A stretch of 64,000 nt of DNA from Thermodesulfobacteriota bacterium. Its GTDB lineage: Bacteria > Desulfobacterota > Desulfarculia > JACQYL01. Below, piece after piece: positions 56,886 through 64,000 of this stretch. The notes below the pieces were generated by a model. It saw only the letters and a program-made list of their open reading frames with translations, did not search any database and was not told the DNA's origin. The stretch covers positions 192,001 to 256,000 of the forward strand of contig CAXXLZ010000001.1 in the NCBI GenBank assembly GCA_963675595.2. Direction: 5' to 3'. Numbering within the stretch: the first letter of the stretch is position 1; every line of letters starts with the position of its first letter. Made by a program: the position numbers and the translations under genes.

Positions 56886-58715
56886 ATGATATCCTTCACT
56901 CGAAAAGCATGTCGCCTCGCCGCCGTGGTTTTACTGTTGCAGTTGCTCCCGGCGGCCCCGGGCGGCTCGACGGAACCTCCGTCATGGCCCGTCGCCGATA
57001 TCGATATTTCGGGACTCGTGGTGCTTCCCAAGTCCGAGGTGCGAAATCTGCTTTCCATTGAGACGATACCGTGGAAACCGTGGGCCAAGCGCCATGAGTA
57101 TACACGACGGGATGTGGAAGAAAACGCGGAACGAATCCGCCGTTTTCTGCAAAGAGAAGGATTCTACCATGGTTCCGTGGACTTCGTCATTGAGCAACCG
57201 GAAGAGAAGGGCGCGGTCCGAGTGCTCTTCCGTATTGTGGAAGGACCGCCCACCTTGGTGGAAGAGATTCGGATCGAAGGGCTGTTGGAGGCGGCCGAAG
57301 AGCTCCGCGATCAACTGAAGGCCCCGCCGGCCCTGAAACTCGGCGACCGGTTCCGTCTTGAACTTTTCGAACAAAGCAAAAAGAACATGACGGACCTGCT
57401 TCGAAACCAAGGGTATCCATGGGCGGAGGTCCGAGGCAAAGTGAAAATCTTGCGTGGAGAGCGGAGCGCGGAGATTGACTTCATCATCGATCCCGGCAAG
57501 AGAGTCGTCTTCGGGAAAATCGGCATTCGCGGTGTGGACGCTCGTGATGAGGCCGTGGTGAGAGCCAAACTTCGTTACAAAGAAGGCGATCTTTACAGTC
57601 GAAGCAAGCTTCAGGAAAGCCAGCGGGCCGTGTTCAACCTGGGACCGTTCGCATCGGTTGTCATGGAGCCCGGCGTGGACCGGGAGTCCGCGGAGGATCG
57701 TCTCCCCATCGAGGTTGACACAACGTATCGTAAACTCAGATCGGTCAAAGTCGGTGTGGGATGCGGGAGCGAGGATAAGTTCAGGATTCAGGCCGCATGG
57801 TTGCACAGGAATTTCTTTGGAGAGGCTCGACGGTTGGAGTTCTCCGGCAAGTTTTCTTTTCTGGTGAACAGCCTCGAAGGGCGGCTTTTTCAACCCGTTT
57901 TTCTTTCTCCGGAGCAATCCGCCGAGGAGGTTCTCGGTCTGCGTCGGGACGTGCAGCCGAGTTACACGAATCGAAAGATCTTCAACCGCATTTCCGTTTC
58001 AAGGAATATCGGCCCGTTGTACCAGGTGTCGCCCGCCCATCAGCTTGAGGTGAATTTTCCGGAAACGGTGGACCTGACCGATCCCAAGGAGCTTTCCGCC
58101 GAAGGCGAGAGGTTCATCATTTCGACGCTCGAGCTCGGTGTGCAAAGGGATTCTCGGGACGATTTATTAAATCCCACCCGAGGCAGTCTTGTTCACGGGT
58201 CTCTGGGCTATGCTTCTCAGGCGTTTGGTTCCGAGGTTGATTTCTTGGTTATGACGGCGGGAGTGCGGACCTATATGCCGCTCATCGAGGACGTGGTGAT
58301 TGCCGCTCGGCTGCTCGCCGGGACCATGACCCCCACGGAGAATACGGACGATATTCCCGTATTCAAACGCTTTTTCTCGGGAGGCGCCGACAGTGTCCGC
58401 GGATATCCTTATCAAGACTTGGGACCCAAGGACTCGAACGACAACCCACTGGGAGGAAGAAGCCTGATTGAAGGTTCCCTTGAGGTTCGGTTCCCCATCT
58501 GGAAGGAACTGGGGGGCGTGGCATTCTTGGACTTCGGCAACGTGTATGCCTCGTCCTTCTCCTGGAGCCCCGGGAAACTCCGCTACAGCAGCGGGGCGGG
58601 GCTTCGTTATGCCACGCCCGTCGGCCCCATACGATTCGATTTCGGATATCAGTTGAATCCCGAGGATGAAGGGGGACGATACCAATTTCACTTTTCCATC
58701 GGCCAGGCTTTCTGA
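56886..58715 (+). CDS. tamA: Omp85-family outer-membrane protein (TamA-like)
   Basis: POTRA repeats; RFFSGGADSVRGY; TPVGPIRFDFG; C-terminal SIGQAF; adjacent to tamB. Confidence 0.85.
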   Translation: MISFTRKACRLAAVVLLLQLLPAAPGGSTEPPSWPVADIDISGLVVLPKSEVRNLLSIETIPWKPWAKRHEYTRRDVEENAERIRRFLQREGFYHGSVDFVIEQPEEKGAVRVLFRIVEGPPTLVEEIRIEGLLEAAEELRDQLKAPPALKLGDRFRLELFEQSKKNMTDLLRNQGYPWAEVRGKVKILRGERSAEIDFIIDPGKRVVFGKIGIRGVDARDEAVVRAKLRYKEGDLYSRSKLQESQRAVFNLGPFASVVMEPGVDRESAEDRLPIEVDTTYRKLRSVKVGVGCGSEDKFRIQAAWLHRNFFGEARRLEFSGKFSFLVNSLEGRLFQPVFLSPEQSAEEVLGLRRDVQPSYTNRKIFNRISVSRNIGPLYQVSPAHQLEVNFPETVDLTDPKELSAEGERFIISTLELGVQRDSRDDLLNPTRGSLVHGSLGYASQAFGSEVDFLVMTAGVRTYMPLIEDVVIAARLLAGTMTPTENTDDIPVFKRFFSGGADSVRGYPYQDLGPKDSNDNPLGGRSLIEGSLEVRFPIWKELGGVAFLDFGNVYASSFSWSPGKLRYSSGAGLRYATPVGPIRFDFGYQLNPEDEGGRYQFHFSIGQAF

Positions 58716-58725
58716 AGTTATATCC

Positions 58726-61700
58726 ATGACAAAGAAGCTGCTTCTAATCCCCTTGATCGTGGCCGCCGCATTGGTTGTTGTGGTTGTCGTTTCCCTTCCG
58801 TATGTGATCCGGTCCTCCTTTGCCAAGAACTTGGTGCTGACAACCGTTCGTGACCGATTGGGAGAAGGGGGACCGTGCACCCTGGACTTCGAGCGCATGG
58901 GAGGGAACGGGATTTCGCAACTCGAGATCCACCGGCTGAGCCTGTCTGTATCGGAAGGGCCGCTGATTACGATTCCGAAAGTTCGTGTGACCTACGCGTT
59001 GTTTCCGTTGCTTTGGAACCGCATCGTCGTCACCGGGGTGAAGGTGGATCAGCCGGAAGTCTTTGTTGAACGCCGAGACGACGGCTCCTGGAACCTGGAT
59101 CAGTGCCTGCGTGTTTTCGAGCAGGGCGGGAACGGTGAAGACCAAGGTTCGACGTTGGACCTGGCGGTCAAGAGTGTGAAGATTCGAGGGGGGATGGGAC
59201 ACATCGACTTCGATGGGACCGGAAACTCCCGTCCCAGGGAATTGCGGTTCGAAGTTGACGGGGCCTACCGGGCGGGGCGAATCGAGTTGTCTCATTACCG
59301 GATCGATTCGGACGACGGAGAGGTGAGCGGGAGCGGCTCGGTCACAATGGAACCCGCTCTCAAGTATTGGTTCCGAGCCGACGCGGCGATATCTCGACTG
59401 GATGCTTGGTCCGACCTCATTCCGGACGCACCGGCCTTGTCCGGAATCGACGGGCGAGTTGAACTATGGGGAGGCGGTGCGTCGTGTGACTTGCGGTTCG
59501 AAGTGTCCTGCGAACCGGACCAACACTTGAACGGGAGAGCGAACGTCTCTCTGGGTGGAGAGGGTGTTGCGGTGCGGGCTTCCTGTCGCTTTCGCGGATT
59601 GGGTCCCGTCATCTTGCCGCCCGACGCCCACGGCATCTTTAATGGGAACCTGGAGATCGAAGGCTCCGGAAAATCCGAAGACACGCTGGTTCTCAACGGT
59701 GCTCTGGAATTGCAGGAATCACGGCTCATGGATCGCGCGGTTGAACACGCTCGGGTGAGTTGGCGTCTGAGAGAAGCGCGACTGGAGTGGCTCGGCGGCG
59801 AAATTACATCGGATTTCGGAGACTTGAAGGTTCGTGTAACCGGGGATGTCCGAGGGCTTCCGGATGGAAAGGGACCGGTCGAATTGCTTTATCAGGGATC
59901 GGTCTCGGACGCGGACCCTAGGGTCTGGTTTGGAGCCGATGCGCCAAAAGAACTTTTGAACTTCGAATTCGAGGGAAGGTCCGTGAAACCGGCCGGGGTC
60001 GGTTATGCGAAAGCGACTACGCGAGGACGAGTTCGGCTGCCGGCCATGCGTTTTCAGGACGTGTACCCAACCGCCGGTGAGGTGACCATTCGCGGCGGCT
60101 TGGCGGACGGATGGACCTTGGACGGTGAAATGAGGTTCGACAAAGGGCGTGCGGACGGCTTTTTCCGGATCGATTCCCAGGGTGAGTATGCTTACCGATT
60201 GAATCTGAAATTGCCCGATGTTTCGGCTGCGGCTCGGCTGTTTACGGACGATGAGTGCCGGGGAGGGCTGGAGGGAACGATCCAGGGTTCTCAAACGAAA
60301 ACCGGCCATTTCGTTTCCGCCTCCCTCACGGGCGAGAATATCGGTTTCCGAGATTTTCAGTCGTCCAAGTTGGTGCTTGATTTGGAGGGGAACCCATCGG
60401 AATCGGCGGGCCGGCTTCGCTTCGAGGTAGTGGAGGCCGAGGCCGGAGATTATCGATTGCGCGATTTGAAAGGAGATGCGCGGGGTGATGCCTCGGAACT
60501 CTCCTTAAGCCTTTCCGGTCGAACGGAGTCCGACGTTGAAGGGGATTTGAAGGGCACTCTGTTCAACTTGAGAGCATCTTCTTCCAGAGCCGTACTCGAA
60601 AAGCTGGCGCTTCACATTGAAGGACGCACCTGGACCAACAGGGAACCCGTGGAATGCGTATGGGACGACCGGGAGCTTCGCCTCGTTTCCTTGGTGATGG
60701 GGAGCGACGTCGGAAGCGGAAGGCTCTCGGGAAGATTCGGGTTTTCCGGGGATGTGGATGCGAAATATCAACTGCAACAGGTGGAGATCGGTGGGTTTCT
60801 CAAAGAGGTCGGAATGCCTGTCGCCGTATCCGGTTTTCTGACGTCGTCGGGATCGATCACCTTTTCCGAGGAAAAGCAGGCGCTGTCCGCCGAGGCCTCG
60901 GTTGAAACCTTGCGAGTGGCGGATAAGGAGCTTCCTCCGGTCAACGTCACGGTGGAGTCGGCGGAGGACAGACTTCGTTTACTGATGAATGCGGGGGGCG
61001 AGAAAACCGGTTTCCTGCGGCTCGAGGGATCTTTGCCCGTGGACGGATTATGGCCGTGGGATCCTCAGCGGATCGGCAAAGAAGGGTTGGAAGCTCGTCT
61101 TGAGGTCAAAGGTCTGGATATCTCCTTGCTTCAGGGGTTGGTTCCGACGGTTGAGGAGATCGGAGGCCGGGCCGATCTTTCGGGCGGATTTTCAGGAACG
61201 CTGCGTGAACCTAGTAGTCACGGCGTCGTCAATGTTGGAGATGGAAGGCTCCGGTTGGCGGGAATGGACAGGACGCTGACGGAAATTCTTGTAGAGGGTC
61301 GGTGGGACGACCGAGAGGTGGTCCTGACTCGAGGGGAGTTTCACACCGGCGCCCAGGGTACGGGCAAAATCTCGGGCCGGATGACCCATAAGGGATTCAG
61401 ACCGGAAAATTTCTCCGCGGAAGTGATGCTGGACGGTGTGGCCGTGGCGGCCTCCGATCAATACCGGGCTCTCGTGGACGGTGATTTGAGGCTTTCCGGT
61501 ACACCGATGCGACCCGTTCTGGAAGGGAAGGTGGAGATCGGGGAAGGCGAGCTGAATATGGATCGATTCCTCGCCGAGCGGAAAAGGGAAGTGGTCGTGC
61601 TGGAAGACGAGGAGGACAATACGGCTCGTTCGGGGTTGTTTGATCGCTGGCGGATGGATGCCGGTGTAAGGATACGCGGTCCCTTCTTTGTGAGAGGTGA

Positions 61701-62361
61701 AGATTTTCAAGTGGAACTGGGAGGCGAACTCGACCTTCACAAGAAGGCCGGAGCGGAGGACCCGGAAATTCGAGGCCGGCTCGATGTCGTTCGGGGCTAT
61801 TATGCCTTTTACGGCAAAACGTTTCTCCTCTCACGCGGTTATATGAGGTTTTTAGGAGTTTCACCTCCCGATCCGAATCTCGACGTCACCGGGACGTATC
61901 GGATTTCGGGGACGGATATCACTTTGCATCTTGGAGGAAAGGTCTCCAAAACCACACTGGATCTTTCCAGTGACCCTTCGCTGTCGAGATCCGATATCAT
62001 TTCGCTCCTGTTGTTCGGTCGCAAGGCTTCGGACCTGAACCGCTCTCAATCCGTCGAGCTGGCGAACACGGTTTACGGCTACTTGGGGGCGGAAGCGTTG
62101 AGGACGCTCAAGGAGCGGTTCGGTCGGGATATTCCGTTGGACCTGTTGACCATTGAGCAAGGCGGTGACACGAACGGGAGCGCTCTGATCCTGGGCAAGT
62201 ATCTGACTCCACGGCTGTTTGTAGTGTATCGCCGGGGATGGTCCGGCAGCGCACAGAATGAGGTTCGAATCGAATACGAATTACTTCCCGGTATATCGGT
62301 GGAAAGCGACATCAGCGAAGGTCGAACGGGGGCGGACGTTTTCTGGTCCATGGATTACTAG
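58726..62361 (+). CDS. tamB: Translocation and assembly module TamB (AsmA-like, DUF490)
   Basis: N-terminal TM; long beta-taco; C-terminal PDPNLDV...LSSDPSLSRSDIISLLLFG...GKYLTPRLFV. Confidence 0.88.
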   Translation: MTKKLLLIPLIVAAALVVVVVVSLPYVIRSSFAKNLVLTTVRDRLGEGGPCTLDFERMGGNGISQLEIHRLSLSVSEGPLITIPKVRVTYALFPLLWNRIVVTGVKVDQPEVFVERRDDGSWNLDQCLRVFEQGGNGEDQGSTLDLAVKSVKIRGGMGHIDFDGTGNSRPRELRFEVDGAYRAGRIELSHYRIDSDDGEVSGSGSVTMEPALKYWFRADAAISRLDAWSDLIPDAPALSGIDGRVELWGGGASCDLRFEVSCEPDQHLNGRANVSLGGEGVAVRASCRFRGLGPVILPPDAHGIFNGNLEIEGSGKSEDTLVLNGALELQESRLMDRAVEHARVSWRLREARLEWLGGEITSDFGDLKVRVTGDVRGLPDGKGPVELLYQGSVSDADPRVWFGADAPKELLNFEFEGRSVKPAGVGYAKATTRGRVRLPAMRFQDVYPTAGEVTIRGGLADGWTLDGEMRFDKGRADGFFRIDSQGEYAYRLNLKLPDVSAAARLFTDDECRGGLEGTIQGSQTKTGHFVSASLTGENIGFRDFQSSKLVLDLEGNPSESAGRLRFEVVEAEAGDYRLRDLKGDARGDASELSLSLSGRTESDVEGDLKGTLFNLRASSSRAVLEKLALHIEGRTWTNREPVECVWDDRELRLVSLVMGSDVGSGRLSGRFGFSGDVDAKYQLQQVEIGGFLKEVGMPVAVSGFLTSSGSITFSEEKQALSAEASVETLRVADKELPPVNVTVESAEDRLRLLMNAGGEKTGFLRLEGSLPVDGLWPWDPQRIGKEGLEARLEVKGLDISLLQGLVPTVEEIGGRADLSGGFSGTLREPSSHGVVNVGDGRLRLAGMDRTLTEILVEGRWDDREVVLTRGEFHTGAQGTGKISGRMTHKGFRPENFSAEVMLDGVAVAASDQYRALVDGDLRLSGTPMRPVLEGKVEIGEGELNMDRFLAERKREVVVLEDEEDNTARSGLFDRWRMDAGVRIRGPFFVRGEDFQVELGGELDLHKKAGAEDPEIRGRLDVVRGYYAFYGKTFLLSRGYMRFLGVSPPDPNLDVTGTYRISGTDITLHLGGKVSKTTLDLSSDPSLSRSDIISLLLFGRKASDLNRSQSVELANTVYGYLGAEALRTLKERFGRDIPLDLLTIEQGGDTNGSALILGKYLTPRLFVVYRRGWSGSAQNEVRIEYELLPGISVESDISEGRTGADVFWSMDY

Positions 62362-62768
62362 CAGGGTCGGGGGCATGGGTTCAAGAAACGGCCGGTCGGA
62401 TTCGACCGGTTCCGGCTCAAACAGACCGGCGCGCGCCGAAAATCGAAAGAAGGGTGGAAAGGAAACCCCGGCCTTCCGGGGCTTCGGCCGCTCACTGCTT
62501 GAGGTATGTTTTTTGCATTGCAAAGCCCCGATGATTTATCGGTGCGATCAGGCGAATTCGCCTTTGACGGAATTTATAGGGCGGCTCGTGAGAAGAGCTT
62601 GGTTTCCGGACGAGTGAGAAAGCATTTCGGCTCGATGTCTCGTACAAATCCCGAGGGACCCAATTCATAACCATACCGAAAAAGACATAACGCCGACTCC
62701 CTGCTTTAGGCGTGTGGTGTCCATTTGAGGCCCGTTGAGGTTGTGAGTACCGGGCGAGAAAGAAATCG

Positions 62769-64000
62769 ATGATGAGTTTGAGGCCGTATTTTGTAGTCCT
62801 GCTGTTGATTTTGAACGCTTTTGTCATGGGATCGTCACCGGCCCGGGCCGAAGATGCTGAAGAACCGGTCGCCGAGTCGGCTTGGACATGGGAAAACCCG
62901 TTCCCGCAGGGCAACGCTTTGAACGACATTTGGACGGAAGGATCCAATGCGTTTACGGCCGTGGGCGAAGGGGGCGCGTTGGTCCGGTTTGATGAGGGGC
63001 TGACGCAGGCTTATGCTCCGGGGATTCGCAACGAGATACTGGCGGTTTGGGGGGTTCGGAAAGACTCGGTGTACGCCGTGGGCACGGGCGGAACCATCCT
63101 GCACTTCGACGGTGAGACCTGGAACCTCATGGAGAGCCCCGTAACCGACTACGACCTGACCGGAGTGTGGGGGGCCGACGACGAAGACATATTCGCGGTG
63201 GGACGTTCCAGTTCACAGGATAAGTTTCAGGGTGTGATTCTGCGTTACGACGGCACTTCATGGCAGGAGATGTTCGTCGACCTTGAAGATTTCGAATTGA
63301 GCGGGGTTTGGGGAAAGTCGGGAGACGACGTCTGGGCGGTGGGTTTCCACTACGGTGCACAAACGCTGAGTGGAATCATCCTTCATTATGACGGCAGTGA
63401 ATGGCGCATCTCGTCGCGGGCCACCTATCCTCCTTTATACGACATCAATGGGAATATCCACGGCTTGGCTTACGCCGTCGGTTCCGATGGAGCGGTACTC
63501 CGACTGGAGGAGTCCGGTTGGACCGTAATGAACTACACTTCTTCCGAACTCGACGACCTCTCCTGGAGCGAGTTGAGGACCGTTTCCGTGGCCGGGGACG
63601 GGTCCATGGCCGTGGTGGATGTGTGGCAGAACCGAGTCCTTTCTTGTGTCGCGGACGTCTGTCGATGGATTGAGGCGCCTTCCGATTTGAGAGATATCCG
63701 GGCTGTGAGCGGCACCGAAACTCTCAACCTCACCGTGGCCGGGGAGGAGGGCAAAACCTATCGTTTCGAGAGCGAAAGTTGGGTTCCTCTGACGTATTCC
63801 CGCACTCGGACGACCTTGAACGACGTCCATGGCTCGGACGGAGAAAACGTTTACGCCGTGGGAGAAGAGGGAACGATTCTCCATTATGACGGGGTGACTT
63901 GGTTTTCCATGCGGTCGGGTGTTGAAGAAGCCTTGAACGGCGTTTGGGCCAGTCCTTGGAGTGCGGTTTTCGCGGCGGGTGAAAAAGGACGCGTTCTGAT
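62769..64000 (+). CDS. Secreted beta-propeller repeat protein (BNR/YCF48-like), runs off the right edge
   Basis: Manual translation MMSLRPYFVVLLLILNAF...WTWENPFPQGNALNDIW...; repeats of L.gVWG....vyAVG..GtILhfDG..W. Confidence 0.85.
   Translation, partial: MMSLRPYFVVLLLILNAFVMGSSPARAEDAEEPVAESAWTWENPFPQGNALNDIWTEGSNAFTAVGEGGALVRFDEGLTQAYAPGIRNEILAVWGVRKDSVYAVGTGGTILHFDGETWNLMESPVTDYDLTGVWGADDEDIFAVGRSSSQDKFQGVILRYDGTSWQEMFVDLEDFELSGVWGKSGDDVWAVGFHYGAQTLSGIILHYDGSEWRISSRATYPPLYDINGNIHGLAYAVGSDGAVLRLEESGWTVMNYTSSELDDLSWSELRTVSVAGDGSMAVVDVWQNRVLSCVADVCRWIEAPSDLRDIRAVSGTETLNLTVAGEEGKTYRFESESWVPLTYSRTRTTLNDVHGSDGENVYAVGEEGTILHYDGVTWFSMRSGVEEALNGVWASPWSAVFAAGEKGRVL

Noticed and set aside
62940-64000. 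Recurrent nucleotide similarity suggesting an array
   Set aside because: Explained by protein beta-propeller repeats. I saw no CRISPR array, tRNA or rRNA anywhere in the window.

Overview
GC-rich bacterial window, most likely from an anaerobic deltaproteobacterium (Desulfobacterota-like; inferred from gene content only). From left to right it holds: a partial Cache/PAS hybrid histidine kinase; a ~10 kb minus-strand iron/metal-uptake island (DtxR-family regulator, small Cys-rich proteins, DUF2325, feoAB, NikL/NikK-like periplasmic proteins, FeoB-associated Cys-rich peptide, LbtU-type porin, NifX-family protein); an intact IS3 inserted into one of three copies of a ~150 bp MITE-like repeat; an XRE regulator/TonB receptor/flavin reductase/FmdE module; a MarR-FadH-like-molybdopterin oxidoreductase operon; a hybrid kinase; a K+ channel fused to a degenerate receiver domain; two Liv-type ABC systems; a LacI-led catabolic cluster built around an HpsN-like (HisD-paralogue) dehydrogenase; DsbA-like and MFS genes; hisF-purF; a CNNM protein; tamAB; and a partial secreted beta-propeller protein. 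The most notable observation is a ~85-nt non-coding structured element found three times inside the iron island, in front of the DUF2325 gene, feoA and the porin. Its layout is TCTTAMGG, a variable hairpin, AGTGAAGGCG(Y)A, then a terminator stem and U-tract, and the stem shows compensatory base changes. It is a candidate riboswitch or protein-dependent attenuator that I do not recognise as a known family. A related fourth element precedes the TonB receptor.
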